Source of the DNA: an uncultured Verrucomicrobiae bacterium
GTDB taxonomy: Bacteria > Verrucomicrobiota > Verrucomicrobiia > Chthoniobacterales > JAFAMB01
Assembly (NCBI GenBank): GCA_963813025.1
Contig: CAWEXO010000016.1
Span: 32,001-96,000, forward strand
Reading direction: 5' to 3'
DNA length: 64,000 nt
In this document: in pieces, positions 49,584 to 58,660 of the stretch
How positions within the stretch are numbered: the stretch's first letter is position 1
Layout: each line of letters starts with the position of its first letter
Notes under the pieces: generated by a model
Database searches by the model: none
What the model was told of the DNA's origin: nothing
What the model saw: the letters and a program-made list of their open reading frames with translations, nothing else
Made by a program: the position numbers and the translations under genes

Positions 49584-49692
49584 TTTAAATTTGCTTTCAT
49601 CAAACCCGCTTCGCTTTATCGCTCCACTCGGACGGAAGGTCAATGCGAACAGAAGTCTGCGATGAACTCGTGCACTGTGGCTTGCGCGTTGT

Positions 49693-50048
49693 GTAGCGCC
49701 GACGGCCGCGTCGGTACTCCACACTTGGCGTTTCCGGCACGTCGCACGATCCCTCGACCTCGAATGACGCAGCAAAGGCGTGCGCGTCGCGTAGCGCCGA
49801 CGGCCGCGTCGGTACTCCACACTTGGCGTTTCCGGCACGTCGCACGATCCCTCGACCTCGAATGACGCAGCAAGGGCGTGCGCGTCGCGTAGCGCCGACG
49901 GCCGCGTCGGTACTCCACACTTGGCGTTTCCGGCACGTCGCGTAATCTTCTCGATTTCAGGATGCTCGAGGCCCGTCCACTAAATTCGGTGAATCCCGCA
50001 ATGTACTGGCACCGCCAGCAAAAATACCGACGAGGCCGTCGGCGCTAC
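49693..50048. repeat. BIME-like REP array: 98-bp unit x2.5 plus an inverted REP
   Basis: GTAGCGCCGACGGCCGCGTCGGTACTCC at 49693, 49791 and 49889 with near-identical linkers; inverted copy at 50025-50048. Confidence 0.9.
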
Positions 50049-50099
50049 GTCATCGGCAGGGGCTCGCGCGTCTGCCTTTGATCCTGCCCGAGGCCCTTT

Positions 50100-50462
50100 T
50101 TATTCGTGCGGCGGCTTGAACGACAGCAGGGCCAGCCAGCCGAAGATCATGCCCAGACCGCCCAGTGGAGTGATCAGGGCGAGCCACTTCGCGTTGCTGA
50201 GGGCAAGCAGGTAGAGCGAGCCGCTGAAGAGGATCATGCCGAAGAAGATGAGGTAAAAAGCGAGCCTCGGCGCGGTGCGCCAGCCGGATAAGACCAGAAG
50301 AACTACGCTGTGCACCAGATGATAAAGGGCACCGGTCTGCCAGAATTGCATGGTGCCGAGCTCGCCCAACTTCGCGCGTAAAGCATGAGAGCCAAGCGCA
50401 CCAAATAAAACAGCAAGAAAACCGGAAAGGCTCGCAACGTTTCGTTCCAGACGGTTATCCAT
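50100..50462 (-). CDS. DUF423 (YgdD/TMEM256) membrane protein
   Basis: GALGSH, TG..YH..H, FSGSLY and ITPLGG. Confidence 0.9.
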   Translation of the reverse strand: MDNRLERNVASLSGFLAVLFGALGSHALRAKLGELGTMQFWQTGALYHLVHSVVLLVLSGWRTAPRLAFYLIFFGMILFSGSLYLLALSNAKWLALITPLGGLGMIFGWLALLSFKPPHE

Positions 50463-50588
50463 AAAACAGGAAGCAGAATTTCTCGTGAGGATGGCACAGC
50501 ATGCCGGAGCAGCAAACAGCGTACGCTCGAGACGGAGCGTGTTTGGTTTCCGGCTCGGAGGGGGATGGTTTTCACCGGCGTCAAGAGA

Positions 50589-51344
50589 TCATTTCGATCG
50601 GAGTTGGCGCGCGGACTCTTGCTGGTAAGCGCGATCGCCTTGATCGTCCGGTCTTAGTTGTAACACCTTGCGCCACTGCGCCTTTGCCTCATTCTGCCGC
50701 CCAAGCTGATCGAGGGCCTTGGCGTACTCCGCGTGATGGATAATGCGATCGGGCGCCAGCGCGATCGCCTTTCGGAAATACTCGAGGGCGCGCTCTTTTG
50801 AGGCTGGCGGCAACTCGCCGTAAAACAGCTGGGCGAACCCTCGCTCAACGACGTTCAAGTTGGCCATTTCAAAATTCCAGCGGGCCAGGATCTCATAGGC
50901 GTCGTCGAGTTTCGGGTTCAAAGAGATTGCCTTTTCGGCTTCCGCCTTCAGGTATTTCGAATACTGGATCTTGGTCTTGTTATCGACGAAGTCCGCCATT
51001 TTGCCGTAAGCGATCGCGAGAGCCAGATGGGCGTCGCCGTCGCCCGGCGCCTTTTGTACAGCTTCTTGAGCGGTTTTCAGAGCGAGCTGAGCCAACTGCT
51101 TTTTTCCGCTTTCCGGAGAAGTTTCCACCAAATCCGAGTAGACCGTGGAAAGCCGCCGGAGGATCGCCGGATTGCCCGGACTGGCTTTGTCCGCGGTTTT
51201 CAGCAGATCGAGCGCTTCCTGGTCACGGTTTACATTTTCCAGCTGATCCGCTTTCTGCAGGGTTACGGTGAGATCCTGACCGTGTGCGAGCGAAACCATG
51301 CCGCAACACCAGAGAACAGGACAGATCCAGAGCCGAACGCGCAT
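50589..51344 (-). CDS. secreted TPR protein (RMDN/FAM82-like)
   Basis: Signal peptide, TPR-like helices and RWNFEMANLN..ER.FA.LFYGELP. Confidence 0.75.
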   Translation of the reverse strand: MRVRLWICPVLWCCGMVSLAHGQDLTVTLQKADQLENVNRDQEALDLLKTADKASPGNPAILRRLSTVYSDLVETSPESGKKQLAQLALKTAQEAVQKAPGDGDAHLALAIAYGKMADFVDNKTKIQYSKYLKAEAEKAISLNPKLDDAYEILARWNFEMANLNVVERGFAQLFYGELPPASKERALEYFRKAIALAPDRIIHHAEYAKALDQLGRQNEAKAQWRKVLQLRPDDQGDRAYQQESARQLRSK

Positions 51345-51381
51345 ACCGAGATTAGAAGCTGAATGAGGGAACAGTCAACGG

Positions 51382-51502
51382 TTGAGCGGCCTAAGCGGCT
51401 TGAGCGGGCTGAGCGGCCTGAGACCGGCACTGGCACTGGCACTTGACACTGACACTGGCACTGGCACTTGACACTGACACTGGCACTAACGCTGGCACTG
51501 CC
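51382..51502. repeat. compound microsatellite: 9-mers (TGAGCGGCY) followed by CACTGR hexamers
   Basis: Directly visible; a similar pairing occurs at 25540-25609. Confidence 0.85.
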
Positions 51503-51699
51503 AAGGGGAATCGCTAGCGTTGCGCGAGTGCGCCGAACAATTTTGACAAGGGTTCGGACGATGCCGGGCGTGTCGGACTTTGGAAATCGGTAGCACGCCA
51601 CCAAGCGATTGGTCGCCCGAGCGGTTAGAGATCGTCTCAGATTGCCGCACTGTCCTGTGGCGGTAGGGCAGTATCGAGCAGGTCTGGCAAGGGAAAAAG

Positions 51700-52974
51700 T
51701 TAAAGTTTTTCACCGATTGGTGAGTGGCGTTTTTTGAGGACTTGGAGGTAGCGCTCTTCGTCATAAGGGGTGCGGTCCTGCCAGAGCCGGAAGATGACGC
51801 GGATCCATTTAAAGGCCAAGGCGCGCACGGCAGTGTGGTGGGACTTACCGCGGGCCATTTGCTCTTGATAATAGAGCTTGGCCCATTGGGAATAAGGAAT
51901 GGAATGAGCCGCGAATTCGTGGAAGCTCTGGCACAGGAATTTGGAGCGAAAGCGCCGCCGCTGGACGCTTTTGGTTTGGCCGCTGCGCACTTGGACCGGA
52001 GCGATTCCGCTTTTTTTCTGTACCTCCAGGGCTTGGGCAAAAGCCTGCCGATTGGAGCCAAAAGCCACCAACAAGCGCGGGGCTAATTGCGGGCCGGCTC
52101 CGGGCAGACTTTCAAAAATGTGCCGATCGGGATGTTTGGCAAACAGAGTGTGGATGGCTTTGTCAAAAGCCTTGATGGAATCTCGCAGCGGCAACAATTG
52201 ACTGACCAAACACTTGCAACTCAGCACGGAGGGCTCCAGCAGAGAACGATCCTCGGTGACGGTTTGGGCCCGAGCAATCTTTTCCAAGCGCTCCTCGATC
52301 AAGCTCTGGCTGCGGCTGTGGTGCTGATAAAAAAAAGAGCGCAGGGTCTGGGGCTTGGCTTTTTTTAAACTCTGCAGGGTCGGCCAGCGTTTCAAAAAAT
52401 GCAGCGCCAGAGTGGTGCCCAAATCATCGAGGAGCTCGAGGGCCAGCGGATAGTAGACTTTGAGTAAGCTGGTGAGTTGGTTTTCGCACACCACGGAGGC
52501 CTCGACGGCTTTGCGTCGGTGCTGACCGAGCAAATCCAGTTCCCGCACTACCGGCTCCGGGGGTTGATAAAGCCGGAGCCGATCCCGATGGTGATCAACG
52601 AGCTCTTCGATCAATTGGCTGTCGCGAGGGTCATCCTTGGCGCCACTAGTAAAGAAGACCTTGCGGTATTCGCTTAAACTCAAAGGATTGAGCGGATAGA
52701 GGTCGATCCAGTCTCCCTGGGTGCGGAGCATTTCAAAGAGTGCTCCCCGATTTTGTTCAAAACCAATGGCCACCCGCCCCTGCGGACCAGCCAAGCTTTT
52801 GAGCTCTTCGAGCCAGGTCCGAACCGAAACGGGATCGGCGCCCAGCTGGAATGTCCGGCATCCTCCCTCCGGACCAGAGCGTTGACAGACAGCGTGTTCT
52901 TTATCAGCCCAATCGATTCCCACGCTGACCATATAATGGGGATCTGGGACCGGAAACGGATTTGATCGGTTCAT
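51700..52974 (-). CDS. IS110 family DEDD recombinase/transposase
   Basis: GIDWA (D), GFEQ (E), KDDPRD (D,D), SLPGAG, SGIAPV..RSG (catalytic Ser) and AVRALA.KW.R. Confidence 0.95.
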   Translation of the reverse strand: MNRSNPFPVPDPHYMVSVGIDWADKEHAVCQRSGPEGGCRTFQLGADPVSVRTWLEELKSLAGPQGRVAIGFEQNRGALFEMLRTQGDWIDLYPLNPLSLSEYRKVFFTSGAKDDPRDSQLIEELVDHHRDRLRLYQPPEPVVRELDLLGQHRRKAVEASVVCENQLTSLLKVYYPLALELLDDLGTTLALHFLKRWPTLQSLKKAKPQTLRSFFYQHHSRSQSLIEERLEKIARAQTVTEDRSLLEPSVLSCKCLVSQLLPLRDSIKAFDKAIHTLFAKHPDRHIFESLPGAGPQLAPRLLVAFGSNRQAFAQALEVQKKSGIAPVQVRSGQTKSVQRRRFRSKFLCQSFHEFAAHSIPYSQWAKLYYQEQMARGKSHHTAVRALAFKWIRVIFRLWQDRTPYDEERYLQVLKKRHSPIGEKL

Positions 52975-53021
52975 GCTTGCTCCTTTTTTCTGGTTTTACC
53001 CAGCGCGAAAAAAGCCGCTTG

Positions 53022-53341
53022 GCTTTGGCCGTCCGAAATCCGTATAGTTAAGTCGTCGAAGTGTGAAGTGCTCGACCTCAACTAGAGTATTCGTTGTGAC
53101 GAATCAAAGCGCGACCGGCTGGCTCGAAACTCTGCCCTAAAGATCTCGCGGACCCGAAAATCCTATTCGTAGCCAGCCGGCGCGTCCTTCTTCGCGTGGG
53201 CAGCGCGGGATTTTGCCCGACTGCCCTTGGCAAAGAAAACCCTTTCTTTTTTCCAAAGCTTTCTTTTCTCCGGGCGGAGTTATTCACAAGCTGGAGCTCC
53301 GACCGGTAGGGCCTCCGACCACAGCTTGCTGAATAACTCCG
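53022..53341 (-). ncRNA. candidate IS110 bridge RNA
   Basis: Consecutive stem-loops at 53275-53341, 53198-53226, 53111-53184 and 53022-53110. Two loops contain 8-9 nt matches to the reconstructed target and donor junctions. Confidence 0.6.
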
Positions 53342-53388
53342 GACTTGCTATACGAAAATTTAGAGAAGGTTTCGCAACATCCCAAAAT

Positions 53389-53513
53389 CGGTAGGGCGAG
53401 AATTCATCTGAGCCTTCGGCGAAGACTCGTTCGAGCCGGGCGCTGCGGCAGGTCACACTGAAGACGGCTCAAACAAGTTCTCGCTAAGGCTCGAATAAAT
53501 TTTCGCCTTACCG
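53389..53513. repeat. GTAGGG-type REPIN-like element with ~48-bp imperfect inverted arms
   Basis: CGGTAGGGCGAGAATTCATCTGAGCC...GGCTCGAATAAATTTTCGCCTTACCG; a related half copy lies near 27834-27859. Confidence 0.8.
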
Positions 53514-53638
53514 GCGCAGGACCAAAGACGCTTTGGGACATGTCTCGAACCTTAGCTCGATTGCGCGAGCTACAGATTGGCCAAAGTCCGACAGACCCGA
53601 GGCCGTCCGCGCTACGAAGCCGCTCCCTCCGCTTCCTC

Positions 53639-53667
53639 TTGACAGTTCTCGGCTGACGCAATACTTT
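53639..53667 (+). promoter_or_regulatory. putative sigma70 promoter of rplM-rpsI
   Basis: TTGACA, 17 bp spacer, TACTTT, ending 26 bp before the ATG. Confidence 0.55.
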
Positions 53668-53693
53668 CCCCGCTCTTTTTGGGGTCAGGATCT

Positions 53694-54119
53694 ATGAAGA
53701 CGTTTTCTGCCAAAGCCAGCGAGATAAACCGTAAATGGTATCTCATTGACGCAAAAGACCAGCCGCTTGGAAGGGTAGCTGTCAAAGCTGCCAACTTGCT
53801 CCGCGGCAAAGGCAAAAGCGTTTTCACGCCGCACGTCGATACTGGCGATTTCGTCATTGTGATCAACGCGGGGAAAGTGCGGCTGACCGGAAAGAAGGAG
53901 GTTCAGAAGGAATTCATGAGCTTCTCCGGGTTTGTCGGTGGGCACAAATCCGAATCGGTCCAACAGCGACGTCGACGCCGGCCGGAGCTTTTGGTGGAGC
54001 ATGCTGTGAAAGGTATGATACCGCACAATCGGCTCGGCCGGTCGATTTTTACCAAGCTCAAGGTCTACGCAAGCGAGGAGCATCCGCATTCCGCCCAGCA
54101 ACCGCTCCACATTAGCTAG
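53694..54119 (+). CDS. rplM: 50S ribosomal protein L13
   Basis: [26 protein letters not shown] and HPHSAQQP. Confidence 0.97.
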   Translation: MKTFSAKASEINRKWYLIDAKDQPLGRVAVKAANLLRGKGKSVFTPHVDTGDFVIVINAGKVRLTGKKEVQKEFMSFSGFVGGHKSESVQQRRRRRPELLVEHAVKGMIPHNRLGRSIFTKLKVYASEEHPHSAQQPLHIS

Positions 54120-54155
54120 AGTCCTTGAATACTTAAATTCGCCCCGCCAACTGTT

Positions 54156-54545
54156 ATGCCTGAAACCTTTGCTGCTACCGGTCGCCGTAAGTCTGCGGTT
54201 GCTCAAGTCCGTCTCGCTCGCGGAACCGGCAAGATCGACGTCAACGGCCGCCCGCTGGAAGAGTATTTTCCTAACCCTTCGCTGCAGTTGACGGTGCTCA
54301 AGCCTTTTGAAGTAACCAAAACCACCAACAACTTTGATGTGTTCGTCATCGCCCGGGGTGGTGGTCCTGACGGTCAGGCGGGCGCGGCTCGGCTCGGGAT
54401 CGCTCGCGCCCTGCTGGAGTACGATTCTGCGATGCGTCCGGTATTGAAGGAACAAGGCTTGCTGACCCGGGATCCTCGGATGAAAGAACGCAAAAAGTCG
54501 GGCCAGCCCGGAGCGCGGAAGCGTTTCCAGTTTTCGAAGCGTTAG
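54156..54545 (+). CDS. rpsI: 30S ribosomal protein S9
   Basis: [29 protein letters not shown] and QFSKR. Confidence 0.97.
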   Translation: MPETFAATGRRKSAVAQVRLARGTGKIDVNGRPLEEYFPNPSLQLTVLKPFEVTKTTNNFDVFVIARGGGPDGQAGAARLGIARALLEYDSAMRPVLKEQGLLTRDPRMKERKKSGQPGARKRFQFSKR

Positions 54546-54682
54546 CCTGTGTCACACCATGCAGGCTGTGGCACCAGACTTCTCCGGCTAATTGCTCATT
54601 GGTCATCGATCATCGCTCATCATTCCAGCCGTCGATTTGCTATTTGCGATCGCTACGTGCTATCGCGAGCATAGCCAGCGTG

Positions 54683-55194
54683 ATGATGAGTCCGGTTATC
54701 TCTGTTGTCGTGCCGTCCCTGAACCAGGGGCGATTCCTGGCCAACTGCCTTGATAGCGCGATAGCCCAGGCCGACGAGGTGTTGCTGCTGGATGCCGGCA
54801 GCACCGACGAGAGCCTGCATTACGCCTTTGATTGGGACTGGTTTCTGCGTGCCGCCAAGATTTGCCGGTTCATCCGCATCGATACAACGGTTCCCGGTAT
54901 CGGCTCCGCCTGACGCATAAATCCGGGACGGGCGGTAAAAAGCGATGGCAAGAACTGCTCACAGTCGTCAGACGCCATTCTCCGGAAAATGTGATTCGTC
55001 ATTACGAGTTTCTCGACAAACATCCGGCCGCTCGATGGTGGTTGAACAAACGGATGCGGCTCGATCAACATCTTCGTCGGGTATTGCCTGGACTTGTCGC
55101 CGGGAAAGTGGCGACCGCCTTATCACCGCCCAGCTGGTCGCTGCCTGACTACATCGAACGCGAGATCCTTTGGAAGATCTTCGGTATCCGGTAG
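54683..55194 (+). pseudogene. glycosyltransferase family 2 with an internal deletion and a frameshift
   Basis: ISVVVPSLNQGRFL..DAGSTDES is joined directly to LHYAFDWDWFLR, so the central DxD region is missing. A frameshift near 54895 leads into YRL..HKSGTGG. Confidence 0.8.
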
Positions 55195-55290
55195 GCGATG
55201 GCCGATGACCGATGACAACCCGCCGCACTGACACTGACACTGACACTGGCACTGGCACTGACACTCATAGCCGATGGCCGATGACCGATT
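55195..55290. repeat. compound heptamer/hexamer microsatellite
   Basis: CCGATGR heptamers flank a tract of ~7 CACTGR hexamers. Confidence 0.85.
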
Positions 55291-55354
55291 CGCGCGCCAA
55301 GCGGCGCGCGCGCGAGATCGCTCGCTAATCCTCGCTTTAGTGCGATGGGTAGCC

Positions 55355-55720
55355 ATGAAGAAACGTCTCATGCTGCGGCGCGGCGGTCCGGATATCCTCA
55401 CGGAGGAGTTGATAAATGCGTTTTCCGGCGACGCGTCCTTTGAATTCAAAGCGCTCTTTTTGGCAGTGCACGCCAATCTCCGCGCCCGCAACGCTGCGCA
55501 TGGTGGCGAAGAGATGCTGCGGTTGCGATTGTACGAAAAGCTGCAAAACCTGGTGCGTTTCGGCGGCGTTCAGAAGACCGGCAAGATTTATCGCGGCGAT
55601 CTGGCAGGGTTAAGCGCGTTCACGGAGCAGATGGCCGCAAACCACTGCCGCGATCTCATGACGGTGGTCGCGGGCTCGACTCAAGAGCCGCAATTAGGGA
55701 ATCCCGATGCCGCAGCATAA
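55355..55720 (+). CDS. hypothetical protein, possibly winged-helix-like
   Basis: GGEEMLRLRLYEKLQNLV..G.V.K.GK.Y; ATG at 55355. Confidence 0.6.
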   Translation: MKKRLMLRRGGPDILTEELINAFSGDASFEFKALFLAVHANLRARNAAHGGEEMLRLRLYEKLQNLVRFGGVQKTGKIYRGDLAGLSAFTEQMAANHCRDLMTVVAGSTQEPQLGNPDAAA

Positions 55721-55754
55721 CCTTCCCGGGGCGTGTGGGACTGCTATCTGTGGT

Positions 55755-57062
55755 TCAAACTCTCCGCAGATTTTCCGGAATCCATTCGCCGTGTTCACGC
55801 AACAGGTCGTCCACGAGGGACCAGATCTGGTCCAGGTCAAGTTCGGCGCCCGTGTGCGGATCGAGCATTGCTGCTTGGCAGAGCCGTTCGCGCTTGTCGG
55901 TCAGAACGCCTTCAACCGTTAACTGCTGCACGTTTATGTTCGTCTGCATTAAGGCGGCTAGCTGGCTCGGGAGTCGGCCGACCTGGGTGGGTTGAATTCC
56001 GTTCCGGTCGACCAGGCACGGTACCTCGACGCAGCAACCAGCCGGCAGATTTTCAATCAGTCCTGTATTCGGCACATTCCCGTAGATTACACATGGTTGT
56101 CCCGTCTCAACGCTCCGGATGATGGAAGAAGCGTATTCAATGCTGCGTTGAAATTCGAGAGGGTGTTCCGGATTCGAGAGCTGCTCCCGCAGCTGGGTCC
56201 AGTCCGCGATCTGTCCTTCGCAACGCCGGATATATTCATCAAGCGGTACGTTAAACTTTTCGATCAGATCATGGCGATCACGCTTGATATACCAAGGCAC
56301 ATACTCGGAGAGGTGCTCACTCGATTCTGTAACGAAATACCCGAGGCGCTCGAACAGATCGAACCGGACGCGATTATGTGCTGGCACCCGGCCTTCCGCG
56401 ACGACTTCATGAAGTTTCGGGTAAAGATTTTCGCCCCGGTGCTCGAATTTCAGATAAAAGGCCATGTGGTTAATGCCGGCGCACAGGTAATCGATTTCAT
56501 TGGCGGGAAGATGCAGGACGCCGGCCAGCTCTGCCGCCGTGCCCTGCACGCTGTGACAAAGCCCCACTGTCCGGATCTTGCAGGCTTCGGCCAATGCCCA
56601 GCAGTTCATCGCCATCGGATTGACATAGTTCAGATGCAATACCTCCGGGCAGAGCTGTTCCATGGCGTTACTGATCTCGAGGAGCACTGGAATCGTGCGC
56701 ACCGCCCGCATGATCCCTCCGATCCCGAGCGTGTCGGCGATGGTCTGGCGCAGCCCGTAACGTTTCGGAATCTCAAAGTCCGTGACTGTGCAAGGCCGGT
56801 AACCGCCTACCTGGATCATGCTGATCGCGTAATCAGCCCCGGCTAACGCCTGGTCCCGGGTCGTCGTCGCCTCAATTGTCGGATGAACCGAAAGTTTTTC
56901 GGCCAGCCGATGAGCGACAATCTCCGAGGTGTGCAGTCGTTTCGGATTTATATCAAAAAGGGCGATCGTGGAGTCCGCCAGCTCCGGATACGATAGAATG
57001 TCGCCCAGAAGATGCTGCGCAAACACCGTACTTCCCGCGCCGATAAAGGTGATTTTTCTCAT
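55755..57062 (-). CDS. melA: NAD-dependent alpha-galactosidase, GH4
   Basis: IGAGSTVF, QTIADTLGIGG, NYVNPM, GLCHSV, AGINH and TESSEH. Confidence 0.9.
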   Translation of the reverse strand: MRKITFIGAGSTVFAQHLLGDILSYPELADSTIALFDINPKRLHTSEIVAHRLAEKLSVHPTIEATTTRDQALAGADYAISMIQVGGYRPCTVTDFEIPKRYGLRQTIADTLGIGGIMRAVRTIPVLLEISNAMEQLCPEVLHLNYVNPMAMNCWALAEACKIRTVGLCHSVQGTAAELAGVLHLPANEIDYLCAGINHMAFYLKFEHRGENLYPKLHEVVAEGRVPAHNRVRFDLFERLGYFVTESSEHLSEYVPWYIKRDRHDLIEKFNVPLDEYIRRCEGQIADWTQLREQLSNPEHPLEFQRSIEYASSIIRSVETGQPCVIYGNVPNTGLIENLPAGCCVEVPCLVDRNGIQPTQVGRLPSQLAALMQTNINVQQLTVEGVLTDKRERLCQAAMLDPHTGAELDLDQIWSLVDDLLREHGEWIPENLRRV

Positions 57063-57161
57063 CGAATTTATGCCACCCGCGCAACCCGGGTACCAATCCT
57101 TTGTCGATTGATCTGTGCCAGTCAGTGCAAGCGCAAATTTTCGTCCTTGTGTGACATCTGC

Positions 57162-57345
57162 TCAGCTGCCAGCGACGAGTCGTAATCCCTCGGCTTTAAA
57201 ACGTCGGAAATCTCTCAGATTTTAAGGTGAATAGCTCGGCCCCTTTCATTATGCAAGTCGCCGCGATGAGACAATCAGAGGTCGAGCCGCGCCGTCGCCC
57301 AGTGATGTTAAAGAGAGCGGGAGCGTGCTCGGCGACTTGACGATC
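57162..57345 (-). pseudogene. PIN-domain (VapC-like) toxin, C-terminal remnant
   Basis: ALFNITGRRRGSTSDCLIAATC...AELFT, then after a frameshift NLRDFRRF; the N-terminus is absent. Confidence 0.7.
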
Positions 57346-57543
57346 CGCCGACGGTTCAGCGGATTTCTCGGCGAGCTGGACTACCCGTCGAATGACCTCG
57401 GCTTGGCAGACGTGCCATTTTTTGGCAAGGGTGGTGCGGCGTAAGATCCGCTGGCTCGCCTGCTTGCCAGATCGGCACAACCTTCGATAGTGCATGGGTA
57501 GTTCCGCCAGGTCCGTCGCCAGGAGGCACATACCTTTTTTGCT

Positions 57544-58650
57544 ATGACAGATCATAAGCCGGCGAAGGTCGGCATTGTAGGTTGCGGTACCATTGCGCCC
57601 GCTTACTTGAAAGCCGGCAAGTTTTTCACCCAGACCGAAATTGTGGCCTGCTCCGACGTCATTCCCGAGGCCGCCCAAAAGCGGGCCGGCGAATTCGGAA
57701 TCAAGGCGCTCCCGATCGATGCGGTCTTCGCGGATGCTGAGATCGAGATTGTCTTGAATCTGACTCCGCCGCAACAGCACGCGCCGATCATTCGCCGCTC
57801 TTTAGAGAATGGAAAACATGCGTATTCGGAAAAGCCGTTGGCCGTCTCCACGGAGGAAGCTGGACCGGTACTCCAGTTGGCTCGGGAAAAGAATCTCCGA
57901 ATCGGTTGCGCGCCGGACACGGTTCTCGGGAGCGGCATCCAGACTGCTCGCAAGATTATTGATGACGGCCAGATCGGAATCCCGATCGGTGGCACCGCCT
58001 TCATGTACTCGGGCGGACCTGAGTCGTGGCACCCGAATCCGGAACTCTTTTATCGCAAAGGGGGCGGACCACTCTTCGATATGGGACCATATTATCTGAC
58101 CACGTTAGTTTCTTTACTTGGCCCCATCGAAAGAGTGTTTGCTGCTGGCCAGACCACTCGCGCCCAACGTTCGATCGGGTTCGGACCGAGAAAGGGGCAG
58201 CATTTCCCGGTGGAAGTACCGACCTATATTGCTTCGCTTCTCCGGTTTCGATCAGGAGCGGCTGTTCATTTTGGGATCAGCTTCGACGTGATCGCCCACA
58301 GTCATCCGCCGATCGAAATTTATGGTTCGGAAGGATGCGTCGTAGTGCCGGATCCGAACACCTTTTCGGGAAATGTGCGGCTGGTGCGCAGGGGCGTTTG
58401 GTGGCAAGACGTGCCGCACACGCATAGCTTCGGCGGCCGCGATTGGCGTGGGGTCGGGCTCGCAGAGATGGTGGAAGCGATCCGCGCGGGCCGCCCGCAC
58501 CGGGCATCGGCGGAAGTGGCGTTTCATGTCCTCGAGGCGATGGAAGCGATCTCCAGTGTTGTTCTAGCCGGCGGCGATCGTCTAATGCAATCAACCTGCG
58601 ACCGGCCGCGCCCCCTCGTGCCGATTACACCGGTGTATAATTTGGAGTAA
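57544..58650 (+). CDS. Gfo/Idh/MocA family oxidoreductase
   Basis: GIVGCG.I, SEKPLA, GCAPDT and GGGPLFDMGPYY. Confidence 0.9.
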   Translation: MTDHKPAKVGIVGCGTIAPAYLKAGKFFTQTEIVACSDVIPEAAQKRAGEFGIKALPIDAVFADAEIEIVLNLTPPQQHAPIIRRSLENGKHAYSEKPLAVSTEEAGPVLQLAREKNLRIGCAPDTVLGSGIQTARKIIDDGQIGIPIGGTAFMYSGGPESWHPNPELFYRKGGGPLFDMGPYYLTTLVSLLGPIERVFAAGQTTRAQRSIGFGPRKGQHFPVEVPTYIASLLRFRSGAAVHFGISFDVIAHSHPPIEIYGSEGCVVVPDPNTFSGNVRLVRRGVWWQDVPHTHSFGGRDWRGVGLAEMVEAIRAGRPHRASAEVAFHVLEAMEAISSVVLAGGDRLMQSTCDRPRPLVPITPVYNLE

Positions 58651-58660
58651 GGGCCGGTGG

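Larger units (their letters stand above)
51672..53365 (-). mobile_element. IS110-family element; ends inferred, AG/CT core at 51670-71 and 53364-65
   Basis: Intact recombinase, ~390-bp 5' non-coding end, short 3' end and no TIRs. Boundaries inferred from matches between internal loops and the rejoined ends. Confidence 0.7.

Noticed and set aside
49584..49936. N-terminal extension of the halogenase and overlapping ORFs
   Set aside because: They read through the 98-bp repeat; the FAD-binding fold starts right after the ATG at 49583.
49693..49941. Possible CRISPR array (28-bp palindromic repeat at regular spacing)
   Set aside because: The spacers are near-identical 70-bp linkers, there are no cas genes, and the repeat is a GTAG-headed REP found singly elsewhere.
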